NCBI GenBank assembly: GCA_963697335.1
Contig: CAVONQ010000011.1
Span: forward strand, 32,001 to 96,000
Source: an uncultured cyanobacterium
GTDB taxonomy: Bacteria > Cyanobacteriota > Cyanobacteriia > PCC-6307 > Cyanobiaceae
DNA: 64,000 bases
Direction: 5' to 3'
The notes under the pieces are model-generated. The model worked only from the letters and a program-made list of their open reading frames with translations. It made no database searches and was not told the origin of the DNA. A program made the position numbers and the translations under genes. Position 1 is the stretch's first letter, and every line of letters starts with the position of its first letter. Shown here piece by piece: positions 10,674 to 22,502 of this stretch.

Positions 10674-11171
10674 TCATGGTCGCTCCAGCAGGGCCACGGC
10701 GTGGCAGGAGATGCCCTCCTCGCGGCCCTCGGCGCCGAGCCGCTCATTGGTGGTGGCCTTGACGCCCACCTGGTCGTGCTCGAGGCCGAGTCGGCCGGCG
10801 ATGGCGGCCCGCATGGCCGGGATGTGGGGCTTGAGCTTGGGCCGCTCCGCTACCACCACACTGTCCAGATTCACGATCCGCCAGCCCCGCTCCCTCACCA
10901 AGGCCATCACCTGCTCCAGCAGCACCAGGCTGTCGGCCCCTTTCCAGCGGTCGTCCTCCGGTGGAAAGTGCTGGCCGATGTCGCCAAGGGAGAGGGCCCC
11001 TAGCAGGGCATCCATGATGGCGTGCACGAGCACATCGGCGTCACTGTGGCCGTCGAGGCCGAGGCCCTGCGGATGTTGGAGGCTCTGGCCCCCCAGGATC
11101 AGGGGCCGCCCCGGCACCAGGCGGTGGATGTCGTAGCCGTTGCCGATCCGCAGGGCCAGGGGGTTTGTCAT
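10674..11171 (-). CDS. ispF: 2-C-methyl-D-erythritol 2,4-cyclodiphosphate synthase
   Basis: [42 protein letters not shown]. Confidence 0.97.
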   Translation of the reverse strand: MTNPLALRIGNGYDIHRLVPGRPLILGGQSLQHPQGLGLDGHSDADVLVHAIMDALLGALSLGDIGQHFPPEDDRWKGADSLVLLEQVMALVRERGWRIVNLDSVVVAERPKLKPHIPAMRAAIAGRLGLEHDQVGVKATTNERLGAEGREEGISCHAVALLERP

Positions 11172-11249
11172 GGCGTCCACAAGCGGGGCAGGGCGTTGCC
11201 GCGAGTCTGCTCCGACCCCCTGGGGAACGCCCCCTGGCGGCGCACTGGT

Positions 11250-11840
11250 TCAGGCCTTGAGGCGAGACAGCACCTGCTTTTTGAATTTGTCATCACTGAA
11301 TCCAGCCGCCTGATTGACCGTCACCGAGAGGGATGCCGCTGCCTTGGCAGTAGCGCCAGCGGCCTTGGCCGCCGCCAGAGGCTCCGGAACCATGTTGACC
11401 ATCCAGGAGCTGAACGGAATGCCAGCACGAAGCTGATCAAGGATTCCCTTGAGAAACAGCTCACACACCAGCCTCACCTGGGCCTCGGGAAGCTTGGTCT
11501 GCTCAGCAATTTCCTTGCAATAGGAGGCCAGAAACTTTGGTTTTGCGGTAGAAGCCGGGGCCATGAGGGAAGGAGATGGAGGTGTCGGGGATGGTGAACG
11601 CTGCGGTTCAGAGGGAGTGATCGACGCCGCGCTGATGACGATCGGATCACTGATGGGCTTAGGGGCGCTGCCGCTGTTCAGACCATCCGGTTTCGGTGGG
11701 TCTGAAGGGACCTCAGAGGCATGGGCTTCGGGGGGGATGGCTGTTGCTTGCTTTCCGTTGGGAGGTTTCAGAAAGCCCTTGATCAGGAACTTGATTCTGC
11801 TCTTGATTCGGCCAACGATTGATGGCTTGTCGAGGCTCAT
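11250..11840 (-). CDS. Hypothetical protein with Pro/Ser-rich linker and HU/IHF-like helical segment
   Basis: Open frame, lower GC than neighbours; KEIAEQTKLPEAQVRLVCELFLKGILDQLRAG resembles HU helices 1-2. Confidence 0.55.
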   Translation of the reverse strand: MSLDKPSIVGRIKSRIKFLIKGFLKPPNGKQATAIPPEAHASEVPSDPPKPDGLNSGSAPKPISDPIVISAASITPSEPQRSPSPTPPSPSLMAPASTAKPKFLASYCKEIAEQTKLPEAQVRLVCELFLKGILDQLRAGIPFSSWMVNMVPEPLAAAKAAGATAKAAASLSVTVNQAAGFSDDKFKKQVLSRLKA

Positions 11841-11901
11841 CGGTTCATGGCTTCTGCTCTGCAACCCTATCCAGGGCCCTGGTCCAACGCCTGGTTGGGA
11901 G

Positions 11902-12363
11902 TCAGTTCCCTGACCCACCAGGCAGCTCGCCTGGAGCCGCCTCAGCCAGCACCTGCAGACGGTTGCCGTCGCGCCCCATCACGGTCACCGTGCTGCCAGG
12001 CGCCAACGGCCGGCTGGCCTCAAGGTTGGTGGCGGCCCAGCTCTGGCCCTGCCAGCGCACCCTCCCCTCTGCCGCGCCCTCAAAGCCGCTGATCACGGAG
12101 GCCCGCTGGCTGTGGCCGCTGGCCGGGATCGAGCGTTCGCGGCTGCGCCGCTCCCAGCCCCGCAGCGCCAGCAGCCCCAGGCCGCTGAGCAGGGCGAAGG
12201 CCGCCACCTGCAGCAGCGGTGGCCAGGGCAGCAGGGCACTCAGCACCGATACCACCAGGGCCGCGACCGCCGCCTCCAGCAGACCGTCGAATTCAGCACC
12301 CATGCCCTCGAGCCCCAGCAGGGCCAACCCCACCAGCAGCCAGATCACCGATGCCAGTGCCAT
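11902..12363 (-). CDS. NfeD-like membrane protein (short form, C-terminal OB fold)
   Basis: Three TM segments then GRVRWQGQSWAA...PGSTVTVMGRDGNRLQV; adjacent to an SPFH gene. Confidence 0.85.
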   Translation of the reverse strand: MALASVIWLLVGLALLGLEGMGAEFDGLLEAAVAALVVSVLSALLPWPPLLQVAAFALLSGLGLLALRGWERRSRERSIPASGHSQRASVISGFEGAAEGRVRWQGQSWAATNLEASRPLAPGSTVTVMGRDGNRLQVLAEAAPGELPGGSGN

Positions 12364-12500
12364 GGGTCAAGGGCTGGGACAGAACCATGCTGGCCTGTTC
12401 CCGGGTCGGCCGGCGCGCCTAGCCTGGGCAGTGGCAGGTGTGCCTCGGCGTGATGCCTGATCTGGCACGGTGCCCGCCTCTCCTTAGCCCCCTCCCCTCC

Positions 12501-13382
12501 ATGGAAGCCCTGTTCAGCCTGCCGGCCCTGGTGGTGATGGCCTTTCTGGGCTTCAACAGCGTCAAGGTCACGAGCGGCGGCCAGTCGCGGCTGGTGGAGC
12601 GCCTCGGCAAGTACGACCGCCAGCTGCAGCCAGGCCTCTCCTTCGTGGTGCCGGTGGTGGAGAAGGTGGTGAGCCACGAGTCGCTCAAGGAGCGGGTGCT
12701 CGACATCCCGCCCCAGCAGTGCATCACCCGCGACAACGTGTCGATTGAGGTGGATGCAGTGGTGTACTGGCAGCTGCTGGAGCACTCCAGGGCCTACTAC
12801 GGCGTTGACAACCTCCAGGCCGCCATGGTGAACCTGGTGCTCACCCAGATCCGCGCCGAGATGGGCAAGCTCGACCTCGATCAGACCTTCACCACCCGCC
12901 AGGAGGTGAATGAGGCCCTGCTGCGCGAGCTGGATCTGGCCACCGACCCCTGGGGCGTGAAGGTGACCCGGGTGGAACTGCGCGACATCCGTCCCTCCTC
13001 CGGGGTGCAGCAGGCGATGGAGCAGCAGATGACGGCCGAGCGCGAGAAGCGCGCCGCCATCCTGCGCTCTGAGGGGGTGCGCGACAGTGAACTCAACGCC
13101 GCCCGGGGCCGGGCCGAGGCGCTGCTGCTGCAGGCCGAGGCGGAGGCCAAGCAGCAGCGCCTGCAGGCCGAGGCCCGCGCTGCGGCGGCCACCCGGCTGG
13201 CCGAGGCGATCGAGGCCAATCCAGCCGCCGCCGAGGCCCTGCGCCTGCTTCTGGCCAGTGACTGGATGGCCATGGGCGAACAGATGGCCCACGCCAAGGG
13301 CGGCAGCGTGCTGATGGTGGACCCCCAGAGCCCGGCCGCCCTGCTCACGGCCCTCAGGGGTCTCCAGAACGGCCAGGGCTGA
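12501..13382 (+). CDS. SPFH/stomatin-like (band 7) protein
   Basis: VERLGKY, PPQQCITRDNV, DPWGVKVTRVEL, AMEQQMTAEREKRA. Confidence 0.93.
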   Translation: MEALFSLPALVVMAFLGFNSVKVTSGGQSRLVERLGKYDRQLQPGLSFVVPVVEKVVSHESLKERVLDIPPQQCITRDNVSIEVDAVVYWQLLEHSRAYYGVDNLQAAMVNLVLTQIRAEMGKLDLDQTFTTRQEVNEALLRELDLATDPWGVKVTRVELRDIRPSSGVQQAMEQQMTAEREKRAAILRSEGVRDSELNAARGRAEALLLQAEAEAKQQRLQAEARAAAATRLAEAIEANPAAAEALRLLLASDWMAMGEQMAHAKGGSVLMVDPQSPAALLTALRGLQNGQG

Positions 13383-13391
13383 TCCCAGGCC

Positions 13392-14084
<693 letters not shown>

Positions 14085-14089
14085 GGCCG

Positions 14090-14614
14090 TCAGCCGCCGC
14101 TGGCCGGCTGGCTCACCCGGCGGATCTCGGTGCTGAAGCTCGCCTGGCCCGGAGTGCCGTCGGCCTGGCGCTCCACCGTGCTGCGCAGGCGCAGGTTGGG
14201 CTTGGTGAACCAGATGCGCTCGCGCACCTCGCGATCCCCCTGGCTGAACCACAGCTCCAGGCTGCCATCGGGCCACAGTTCCCAGTGGCCCTCCAGGCTG
14301 CCGCCAGAGCCGGCTGTGCCGGAACCGGTTGCAGCCGGGCTGCTGCTGAAGCGGCCATCGGCGCGGAACAGCAGCTCCCGCGATGGCGCGTTCCTGGGCC
14401 CCACCCGCAGGCCGCCGGGGCCGTCGCTGCTTGGCTCCAGGAAGGTCACCAGCAACTCACCGCGCTCGCTGCTGTGCCATTCATCGCCATTGGCTCCTTC
14501 CTCCTCCACAACCTCGCCGAGGGCAAACTGGCTGCGCAGGCCCATCCACTCGCCGGCGCAGAAGCGCAGGAAGGCTCCGATCTCCTCGGGCGGAAAGGCT
14601 GGGGTGTCGCTCAT
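14090..14614 (-). CDS. CpcS/CpeS-type phycobiliprotein lyase
   Basis: GEWMGLRS, ERIWFTKPNLRLRS, SFSTEIRR motifs. Confidence 0.85.
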   Translation of the reverse strand: MSDTPAFPPEEIGAFLRFCAGEWMGLRSQFALGEVVEEEGANGDEWHSSERGELLVTFLEPSSDGPGGLRVGPRNAPSRELLFRADGRFSSSPAATGSGTAGSGGSLEGHWELWPDGSLELWFSQGDREVRERIWFTKPNLRLRSTVERQADGTPGQASFSTEIRRVSQPASGG

Positions 14615-14651
14615 GGATCCATCCTCTCAGCCGCCTGCCCCTGGGTTGCCC

Positions 14652-15722
14652 TCAGTCGCCCCGGTAGCCGAGTTCGGCCAGGCGGGCGGCGTTGCGACGC
14701 CAGCCCGGCACCACCTTCACGAACAGCTCCAGGTAGACGGGGCCGGAGAACACCTTCTCCATCTGCAGCCGGGCCCCCTGGCCGATGGTCTTGAGCATGC
14801 GGCCGCCCTTGCCGATCAGGATGCCCTTCTGGCTGGAGCGCTCCACCAGCACGGTGGCCAGCACCGCGGTGCGGGGGCCGTCGTCCACCACCCGATCGAT
14901 GCTCACGGCCACGGAGTGGGGCACCTCCTCGCGGGTGTGGGTGAGCACCTGTTCGCGGATCAGCTCCGCCATCAGCAGCTGCTCGGGCTGATCGCTCACC
15001 GCATCGGCCGGGTACAGCTGGGGGCCGGGGGGCAGGGCCTGGCTGAGGGCCTCCACCAGCTCCGTGGTGCCCTCGCCGCTGAGGGCGCTCACCGGGTGCA
15101 GGGGCCAGGCGAGCGTTTCGCTTCCCCCGGGGGTGGCGAAATCCCCCCGACCGGCCAGCAGGTCGCGGTAGCTGCCCGCCAGGGCCGCGGCCTGATCGGG
15201 CGGCACCAGATCGTGCTTGTTCAGGGCCAGGTGCACCGGGGCGCGGCAGTGGCGCAGCAGCTCCACGATGAAGCCATCGCCGCGGCCGGCGGGCTGGCTG
15301 CCGTCCACCAGCAGCAGCACCACATCCACCTCGCCGATGGCGCTGCGGGCGGTCTTCACCAGGCGCTCCCCCAGCAGATGGTGGGGCTTGTGGATGCCGG
15401 GGGTGTCGAGCAGCACCAGCTGGGCTGCCGGAGTGGTGAGGATCGCCCGCAGCCGGTTGCGGGTGGTCTGGGCCACCGGCGAGGTGATCGCCACCTTTTC
15501 CCCCACCAGCTGGTTCAGCAGGGTGGACTTGCCCACGTTGGGGCGACCTACCAGGGCCACGAAGCCGGAGCGAAACGGGCCGTCCGCGGGGGAGGGCTGC
15601 AGCATCCGGGCCGACTCGGCTGGATCCGGAATGGGAAGAAGCACCCCCTCGGCTTCAGCCGCGTGAGCAGCCGCTTCAGGGGCGGCGTTGCTGGACTCGC
15701 TGGAGGACACGGTGGCGGGCAT
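14652..15722 (-). CDS. era: GTPase Era
   Basis: GRPNVGKST, QTTR, DTPG, NKHD, SA, KH domain (GKGG..LK.IG); start may lie further downstream. Confidence 0.96.
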   Translation of the reverse strand: MPATVSSSESSNAAPEAAAHAAEAEGVLLPIPDPAESARMLQPSPADGPFRSGFVALVGRPNVGKSTLLNQLVGEKVAITSPVAQTTRNRLRAILTTPAAQLVLLDTPGIHKPHHLLGERLVKTARSAIGEVDVVLLLVDGSQPAGRGDGFIVELLRHCRAPVHLALNKHDLVPPDQAAALAGSYRDLLAGRGDFATPGGSETLAWPLHPVSALSGEGTTELVEALSQALPPGPQLYPADAVSDQPEQLLMAELIREQVLTHTREEVPHSVAVSIDRVVDDGPRTAVLATVLVERSSQKGILIGKGGRMLKTIGQGARLQMEKVFSGPVYLELFVKVVPGWRRNAARLAELGYRGD

Positions 15723-15829
15723 GGTGCCCTCAGTCTGGGCATGGGCCGCGCCCGATGGCCCGGGGCGCGGACCTCGGGCCCGGATTCCATAACCTCAGAG
15801 ACCGCCGCACCCCTCACCTCGCGATCGCC

Positions 15830-16357
15830 ATGGCCACCCCCCCCCTTGAACCGAGTTTCCAGCAGGCCATGGAGATCACGGCCCAGTGGCTGGCGCTCTG
15901 GGACAACGGCGAACTCAGTGATGAGGTGCTCGCCGATCGCCTCGGGGAGCTGGTGGCGAGCCGGGATGGGGCCCGCGGCTTCTTCGTGGTGAGCCTGGTG
16001 GGCGACTGTCCACTGATGGACCGGCTGCCCGAGCCCCTGGTGCTGCAGCTGAGGGCTGCGGGGGCGGGGGTGGTGGATCTCACCGCCCGCAATCTGGCCA
16101 TGAGCACTGCCATGGCCCTCCACCACGGCCGTGCCGACGATGCCGAACAGCAACAGGCCTCGCTGCGGGTGGCCAGCCGCTGCACCGAGCTGCTGCGCCT
16201 GCTGGAGCCCCTCAGTGTCAAGGAGCGGCTGGAAACGCTGCTGGCTGCCGCCGCCGCGGCAGAGGGTGAGGATGTGGCCTTTCTCGATCGCTGGGGTTAC
16301 GACGCCGAGCAGCGCCAGGCCATCGCCGCAGCGGTGGAGGCGGTTGCGGAGCCTTGA
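15830..16357 (+). CDS. Conserved cyanobacterial hypothetical protein
   Basis: PSFQQAMEI, GARGFFV, RNLAMSTAM, FLDRWGYD.EQ; GC3-rich codons. Confidence 0.7.
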   Translation: MATPPLEPSFQQAMEITAQWLALWDNGELSDEVLADRLGELVASRDGARGFFVVSLVGDCPLMDRLPEPLVLQLRAAGAGVVDLTARNLAMSTAMALHHGRADDAEQQQASLRVASRCTELLRLLEPLSVKERLETLLAAAAAAEGEDVAFLDRWGYDAEQRQAIAAAVEAVAEP

Positions 16358-16401
16358 GAGGCGAAGGACCGACTTCCCGAGTTCCTGAGGAGGTTCCCCA
16401 C

Positions 16402-16426
16402 AAAAAAGCGCCCCCTCAGGGGCGCT
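16402..16426 (-). terminator. Rho-independent terminator of the Bax-inhibitor gene
   Basis: agcgcccc-ctca-ggggcgct hairpin preceded by an A-run on + (U-tract on -). Confidence 0.8.
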
Positions 16427-16471
16427 GGAAGCTTGCAAAGCTTGGGCTGAAGTTCAGTCGTGCACTGAGTG

Positions 16472-17206
16472 TCAGTCGCGGCGGCCGCCGCCCTGGAGGG
16501 CGATGATCAGGCGCAGGATGAAGATGAACAGGTTGATGTAGGTGAGATACATCCCCAGGGCACCGGCCAGGTACTGATCGTCGTTGTAGGTGCGGGGCAT
16601 CGTGTAGAAGTCCACGAAGGCCGCGCCGACGAACAGCACGGTGCCGAAGCCGGCGATCAGCAGCTCGAAGCCGTTGCCGCCGAAGCCGGGCACGAAGATG
16701 CCGCCGACGATCTGGACCACCATCGCGATCAGCAGGCCGACAATGCCCAGCCCCACCACGCCGCTGAGGGCCTGGCCGAGGCTGTCGCTCATGTTGCGCC
16801 CCACGATCGAGGCGATCACAAAGGTGATCCCTGTGGCCAGGGCGGCCGTGCCGATGGCTCCGATGCCGGCGGTGCCGATCGCCAACGCCACGATGCCACT
16901 GAGCGTGAAGCCAGTGATCAGGCTGTAGGCCGCAAGGATCGGCAGCGCGGTGGCGTTGTTGCCCTTCATCGCCGAGTTCTGGGCGACGAAGAAGAGGATG
17001 AAGTTGCCGATCAGGGCCACCCAGAAGAGCGGCATGAACAGGGCCTGGTTGGCGGCCATCAGGGCCAGGCCGCCGATCACCCCACCGGCGGTGAGGACCA
17101 TGCCACCACCCACGTAGGGAAGGGCCTTGTTGACCACATTGGGGCCCACCAGGGCGCTGGATTGCGCCTCGCGGATGGCCTCCTGGAAATTGCTGCTGGC
17201 CGGCAT
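16472..17206 (-). CDS. Bax inhibitor-1/YccA family membrane protein
   Basis: Seven hydrophobic segments, C-terminal ALGMYLTYINLFIFILRL. Confidence 0.9.
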   Translation of the reverse strand: MPASSNFQEAIREAQSSALVGPNVVNKALPYVGGGMVLTAGGVIGGLALMAANQALFMPLFWVALIGNFILFFVAQNSAMKGNNATALPILAAYSLITGFTLSGIVALAIGTAGIGAIGTAALATGITFVIASIVGRNMSDSLGQALSGVVGLGIVGLLIAMVVQIVGGIFVPGFGGNGFELLIAGFGTVLFVGAAFVDFYTMPRTYNDDQYLAGALGMYLTYINLFIFILRLIIALQGGGRRD

Positions 17207-17295
17207 GACGCACCGGGAAATCGAACTGGGGTCATCCTGGCAGTGCCGGCGCCCCGGTGCCCGTCCCCCTAGGTCTCTGACAGGTGTGGATCTCC

Positions 17296-18315
17296 CTATG
17301 AGGTCCGCTTGGGAGCAGCTGGGCTCTGGCGGCGGGCATCGCACTGGGCGTAGGCGGTGACCAGCCGTTGCACCAGCGGGTGGCGCACCACATCCGCGGC
17401 CCCGAGGCGACAGATGGCGATGCCCTCGACCCCCTCCAGCACCTCGGCTGCCTCCTTCAGGCCGCTGGTGACCCCGGGCGGCAGATCCAGCTGGGTCGGG
17501 TCGCCGGTGACCACCATGCGCGAGTTCTCGCCCAGGCGCGTGAGCACCATGCGCATCTGGGCGGCGGTGGTGTTCTGGGCCTCATCGAGGATCACGAAGG
17601 CATCGGCCAGGGTGCGCCCGCGCATGTAGGCCAGGGGCGCCACCTCGATCACCCCCTTCTCCAGCAGGGCACTGGTGCGCTCCGTGCCCAGCAGGGCGTG
17701 CAGGGCGTCGTAGAGGGGGCGCAGGTAGGGATCCACCTTCTGCTGCAGGTCGCCGGGCAGAAAGCCCAGCCGCTCGCCGGCCTCCACCGCCGGCCGGGTG
17801 AGGATCAGCCGCTGCACCTTGCGGGCATTGAGCATGCGCACGGCCAGCACCGTGGCCAGAAAGGTCTTGCCGGTGCCGGCGGGGCCCAGGGCCAGGGTGA
17901 GGTCATGGCTCTCCATGGCCTCCACGTAGGCCTTCTGGCGCAGGGTGCGGGGCCGCAGCAGCTGGCCGCTCTGGCTTCTGGCCAGCACCTGCTCGCCCAG
18001 GGCCCGGTGCGCCTCGCCCTGGTTGGTGTCGAGGGCCTGCAGGGCCGTCTGCAGATCCACCGGGGTGATGGCCTGGCCTTCCTGCCAGAGGGGGCGCAGC
18101 ATGTCCACCAGGGTCTGGGCCCGCTCGAGCTGGCGGGGCCGGCCTCCGATCCACAGGTCGAGGCCATGCAGCACCAGCGAGGCCCCGGTGAGGGCTTCGA
18201 GCCTCCGCAACGTGACTTCCGCCTCACCGGCAAGCGCCAGGGCGGCAGCGGCATCAGGCAGGGCCACGGAGGCGCCGGTGCGGCCTCCGGGCTCTGCCGC
18301 AGGGCTGGGGCTCAA
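17296..18315 (-). CDS. phoH: PhoH family ATPase
   Basis: [45 protein letters not shown]. Confidence 0.95.
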   Translation of the reverse strand: MSPSPAAEPGGRTGASVALPDAAAALALAGEAEVTLRRLEALTGASLVLHGLDLWIGGRPRQLERAQTLVDMLRPLWQEGQAITPVDLQTALQALDTNQGEAHRALGEQVLARSQSGQLLRPRTLRQKAYVEAMESHDLTLALGPAGTGKTFLATVLAVRMLNARKVQRLILTRPAVEAGERLGFLPGDLQQKVDPYLRPLYDALHALLGTERTSALLEKGVIEVAPLAYMRGRTLADAFVILDEAQNTTAAQMRMVLTRLGENSRMVVTGDPTQLDLPPGVTSGLKEAAEVLEGVEGIAICRLGAADVVRHPLVQRLVTAYAQCDARRQSPAAPKRTS

Positions 18316-18710
18316 GCCTCGGCAGCAGGCTCGGCGGCGGCAGCCGCAGCGGCCTCTGCCTCAGCTGCCGCAGCGGCCTTGGCCTCAGCGGCCTCGCGGG
18401 CCTCCTTCTTGGCGGCGGCTTCCCTGGCGGCGGCCTGCTTGGCCTGGCCCACCACGACGGAGGAGCGCACGGTCTTGGTGACCAGGCCGCCCCGCTCCAG
18501 CAGGGTCAGCACGGTGGCGGTGGGCTGGGCGCCCTGGGCCAGACGGGCGCGGATCGCCTCGGTGTCGAGGCGGGTTTCCTTGGTGCGCGGGTTGTAGAAG
18601 CCGAGCTCCTCCAGCGGCCGACCATCCCGACGGGAGGTGCTGTTCGTCGCCACGAGGCGGAAGCTCGCTTCCCGCTTCTTGCCGAACCGCTTCAGGCGGA
18701 GCTTGATCAT
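18312..18710 (-). CDS. rpsP: 30S ribosomal protein S16 with Ala/Glu/Lys-rich tail
   Basis: [32 protein letters not shown]. Confidence 0.97.
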   Translation of the reverse strand: MIKLRLKRFGKKREASFRLVATNSTSRRDGRPLEELGFYNPRTKETRLDTEAIRARLAQGAQPTATVLTLLERGGLVTKTVRSSVVVGQAKQAAAREAAAKKEAREAAEAKAAAAAEAEAAAAAAAEPAAEA

Positions 18711-18765
18711 CGGGGCTGTGCCGCTAGGTGTCCAAAGAAGCAATGTACCTCCCGGCGTGACCCCC

Positions 18766-20220
18766 CTACAGCTGACCGAAGCCCTTGCGTTTCTTGGGGG
18801 GTTTGTGGGCCTTGCGGCTGCGGCCAGCGGCAGCCGGCGCCCCCATCCCCGGCATGCCGCCGCCCATGCCCGGGAAGCCCCCCATCCCCGGAAAGCCGCC
18901 CATGCCTGGCATGCCGCCGCCCCGGGTCATCTGTTGCATGAAGCCGCGCATCTTCTGGAAATCGGTCAGCACCTTGTCCACCTCGGCGGGGGTGTGGCCG
19001 CTGCCGGCGGCGATGCGGCGGCGGCGCGAGGGGGTGGAGGCCAGCAGGTCGGGGTTCTCGCGCTCGGCGGCCGTCATCGAGCTGATCATCGCCTCGATCT
19101 TGCCCAGTTGTTCTTCGCCCTGGCGGAGCATGCCGTCGTCGATCTTGTTCATCCCAGGAATCATTTTCATCAGCCCGCCCAGGGAGCCCATGCGCTTGAT
19201 CAGGCGCATCTGCTGCACGAAATCGGAGAAGTCGAAGCTGGCTTCCTGCAGCTTCTGCTGCATGCGCGTCATATCGGCCAGCTCCACCTCCTTCTGGGCT
19301 TTCTCCACCAGGGTGAGCACATCCCCCATGCCGAGGATGCGGCTGGCCATGCGCTCAGGGTGGAAGGGCTGCAGGGCCTCCACCTTCTCGCCGGTGCCGA
19401 TGAACTTGATCGGAGCGCCGCTCACCTTGCGGATCGAGAGGGCTGCACCGCCGCGGGAGTCGCCGTCGAGCTTGGTGAGCACCGCTCCGGTGATGCCCAC
19501 CTGCTCGTGGAAGGCGCGGGTGAGCTCGGCGGCCTCCTGGCCGATCATCGAGTCCACCACCAGCAGCACCTCATCGGGGCTGCAGGCCTCCCTGATCCGC
19601 ACCATCTCCTCCATCATCGAGGCGTCGATCTGGAGACGGCCGGCGGTGTCCACCAGCACCGTGTCGAAGCCTTCGGCCTTCGCCTTGGCGACGCCCGCCG
19701 CCGCGATGGCCTCCGGCCGGGCGTCGGTGCCCAGGCTGAACACCTCCACGCCGATCTGGCCGCCGAGGGTGCGGAGCTGCTCGATGGCCGCAGGTCGGTA
19801 GACATCGGCGCCCACCAGCAGGGCCTTGCGCCCCTGCTCCTTGAGGTGCAGGCCGAGCTTGGCGGTGGCGGTGGTCTTGCCGGCGCCCTGGAGGCCGGCC
19901 ATCAGCACCACGGAGGGAGACTCCGCCGTCCCCCCAGCGGCCAGGGGGGCGTTTTCGCCACCCATCACCTCCACCAGCTGCTCGTGCACCACCTGGATGA
20001 ACTTCTGATCGGGGCTGATGCCCCGCACCACCTCGGCGCCGACGGCCTTGCGGCGCACCTCGTCGACAAAGTCCTTCACCACCGGCAGGCTCACATCGGC
20101 CTCCAGCAGGGCACGGCGCACCTGTTTCAGGGCCCCTTCGACGTTGCCCTCGGTGATGGCCGCCTGGCCCCTCAGGTTCTTGACGGCGTCTTCAAACCGC
20201 TGGGAGAGCTCGTCGAACAT
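18766..20220 (-). CDS. ffh: Signal recognition particle protein Ffh
   Basis: [21 protein letters not shown] domain. Confidence 0.98.
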   Translation of the reverse strand: MFDELSQRFEDAVKNLRGQAAITEGNVEGALKQVRRALLEADVSLPVVKDFVDEVRRKAVGAEVVRGISPDQKFIQVVHEQLVEVMGGENAPLAAGGTAESPSVVLMAGLQGAGKTTATAKLGLHLKEQGRKALLVGADVYRPAAIEQLRTLGGQIGVEVFSLGTDARPEAIAAAGVAKAKAEGFDTVLVDTAGRLQIDASMMEEMVRIREACSPDEVLLVVDSMIGQEAAELTRAFHEQVGITGAVLTKLDGDSRGGAALSIRKVSGAPIKFIGTGEKVEALQPFHPERMASRILGMGDVLTLVEKAQKEVELADMTRMQQKLQEASFDFSDFVQQMRLIKRMGSLGGLMKMIPGMNKIDDGMLRQGEEQLGKIEAMISSMTAAERENPDLLASTPSRRRRIAAGSGHTPAEVDKVLTDFQKMRGFMQQMTRGGGMPGMGGFPGMGGFPGMGGGMPGMGAPAAAGRSRKAHKPPKKRKGFGQL

Positions 20221-20300
20221 CGCGGAAACGGCCTGGGAAGGGGAGGGCGCGGGGGCACCGCTGCCACCGATGGTAAAAACCGGCGTGGTTGGCGCTGGCC

Positions 20301-22364
20301 TCAGCGCATGGGGGAGAAGCTCACCACCCGCCAGGTGTCACCGTCGCGGCCGAACACGTAGCGGTTGCGCAGATCGGCCTGGGCCGCCGGGCCGACAGGT
20401 TGGCCGGCGGCGTCGATCGGCTGGGTGCTGTAGCCCAGACTCACCACGGCGGTGATGCGCCTGGGGGAGCGCTCCTCGATCGTGAGGTTGTTCACGGTGG
20501 TGCTGAGCCTGAGGGTCTGCTGCCTGGCGGCCGAGGCGCGGCGCTGTTGCTGCAGGTAGGCGATCTCCCCCTGGCGGGCCATGGAGTCGAGGGGAGCCGG
20601 GCTCTCGCCGCCGGCCAGTACGGCCGCCTTGGCCGCCAGCCAGGTTTCAAGCAGGGCCTGCACCTGGGCCTGGGAGGGTTCCGCCACCCGCAGGGGCACA
20701 GGCAGTGGGGGCTTCGGGGTGGAGGGGGTGGCGGTGGTGGTGGCCGGCGGCGCCGGGGGCTGGGGTGGCGCAACCTCCACCGGGATCGGCATGGTCTGCG
20801 GCCGTGGCCGCAGCAGGGCCCACAGCCCCGCGCCGAGCACTCCGGCCGCCACCACAGCCACCAGCAGGCGGCCGCGGCGACTGCGCGGCAGCCGCAGGCG
20901 CTTGCTGTGCTGCCTCAGGTTGAGGCCCTTGGATCGCCTCCAGCGCGGCAGGGCGACAGCCGGCAGCCGCAGCGAGGGCAAGGCCATGGAGGGCAGAGCC
21001 GCCCGCAGTCGGGCTGTCCAGGACGGCGTGGCCTCGCTGTCCAACCGGCTGCCGTGATCGCGATCGCTCTCCAGGTCCAGCGACGGGTCGAGCTCAGACC
21101 ACTGACCCTCCAGGCCGTCCTGGGCCGTAGGGCTGTCCGGCCAGCCGGCCGGGCTGAACAGGTCGCCGGTGGGGGGATCGGCCCGGATCAGCGGGGGTGG
21201 CATCCGTTCGATGAAGGCCTGAACATCGCGGTCGGCGAAGTAGGCCTCCAGGTCGGGGTCGGCCTCCAGGTCGCGGTAACCGCGCAACACGTCTCCCTTG
21301 AGCCAGTCGCGGCAGTAGTCGCACAGCTGGGCCAGGGGATCGCCGCTGCGCTGCTCGGCCCACTCCTTCAGGCTGGCGTCCTGACCGGCGCCACGCTTGA
21401 ACGCCTGCTGGGCGGCCTCCACCTGGCCCAGCAGCAGATGCAGGCAGGCCAGCAGGGGCTGGATGCCGTCCTCTCCCGAGACCTCCAGCCGCTGCATGGC
21501 CGCGGCGATCCGCTCCGGTTTGCGCTGGGCGAAGCCGGAGGCGGTGAGGGCGGTGCTGGCCAGGAAGTCGGCCACGGCCGACTGATCGGCCCAGCGGCTG
21601 AACAGGTCCACCTGCTCCTGCACGGTGAGGTAGCCACGGATCTGCAGAAAGAAGGCCTGGAACTCCTGGGGACTCATGCCCGCCGAACTGGTTCCCTCGA
21701 GGCCGCCCCGTTCCTGCACCAGCTCCTCCAGCAGCTTCAGGCCCTCGGCGCGCTCGTCGGCGGCGGAGAGGCTGCGGCTGAGCAGGTCAAGCACGCGGAA
21801 GGGCCGCAGCAGGGCGAGCTCCTCGGCCACCTGCTGCCGCAGGGCCGGGTGCTGGCCCATGCGCTGCAGCAACTGCAGGCCGTCGCGCAGGGTGAGGGCG
21901 GCGGCCTCGTAGCGCCGCTGCCGCTGCAGCTCGGCACCGCTGGCCAGGCAGGCCAGGCCGGCCAGCAGGCTGAGGTCGCTCTCACGGCCGCTGCCGAGGG
22001 TGGGGGCCTGGGGGGGCTGCAGCAGGCGCCGCGCCAGGCTGAAGCACTCCAGCGGTTGATCAGCTTCCAGCAGCAGCAGCAGGCCGCCCAGCTCCCGGCT
22101 GGTGGGAATCTCCAGGCCCGCCTGCAGGGACTGGTCGTCGCCGCCCAGGGCGGTGAGTGCTGACTCGTAGGCCTCCCGGCGGGGGGAGTCGGTGAGCAGA
22201 TCGGCGCTCAGCCGCAGCAGGGCTTCGCGGGCCTGCAGGGTCTCGGTGGTGAAGCCCTGCTCCGGCACCCGGTTGAGGCGCTGCTCCAGGGCCCGCAGCA
22301 CGGACTGGGCATCCGTGGTCGGGCTGACACCGAGCAACCGGAAGTGATCGATCGGCAGTTCCAA
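20301..22364 (-). CDS. ftn2: Cell division protein Ftn2/ZipN (ARC6 family, C-terminal DUF4101)
   Basis: [11 protein letters not shown]-like start, [29 protein letters not shown] segment, [10 protein letters not shown]-domain; TTG start assumed. Confidence 0.88.
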   Translation of the reverse strand: MELPIDHFRLLGVSPTTDAQSVLRALEQRLNRVPEQGFTTETLQAREALLRLSADLLTDSPRREAYESALTALGGDDQSLQAGLEIPTSRELGGLLLLLEADQPLECFSLARRLLQPPQAPTLGSGRESDLSLLAGLACLASGAELQRQRRYEAAALTLRDGLQLLQRMGQHPALRQQVAEELALLRPFRVLDLLSRSLSAADERAEGLKLLEELVQERGGLEGTSSAGMSPQEFQAFFLQIRGYLTVQEQVDLFSRWADQSAVADFLASTALTASGFAQRKPERIAAAMQRLEVSGEDGIQPLLACLHLLLGQVEAAQQAFKRGAGQDASLKEWAEQRSGDPLAQLCDYCRDWLKGDVLRGYRDLEADPDLEAYFADRDVQAFIERMPPPLIRADPPTGDLFSPAGWPDSPTAQDGLEGQWSELDPSLDLESDRDHGSRLDSEATPSWTARLRAALPSMALPSLRLPAVALPRWRRSKGLNLRQHSKRLRLPRSRRGRLLVAVVAAGVLGAGLWALLRPRPQTMPIPVEVAPPQPPAPPATTTATPSTPKPPLPVPLRVAEPSQAQVQALLETWLAAKAAVLAGGESPAPLDSMARQGEIAYLQQQRRASAARQQTLRLSTTVNNLTIEERSPRRITAVVSLGYSTQPIDAAGQPVGPAAQADLRNRYVFGRDGDTWRVVSFSPMR

Positions 22365-22502
22365 CCCGAGCTGGCCGCAGTGGCTGACTGTAGACAGGGA
22401 CTCCGGTTTTGGCAGCGACTCGAACACTTCCTGGGCCCAGACCCCGTACAGTTCACTCCAGGATCCGGCGTTGCCCCTGGCCCGCTTGACGAGCTCTTCC
22501 CC

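Noticed and set aside
18840..18925. Short tandem repeats in ffh (GMGGFP); likewise Gly-rich DUF1517, the Ala-rich rpsP tail and ATQPL x2 in cobQ
   Set aside because: Ordinary low-complexity coding repeats, not CRISPR or a regulatory array
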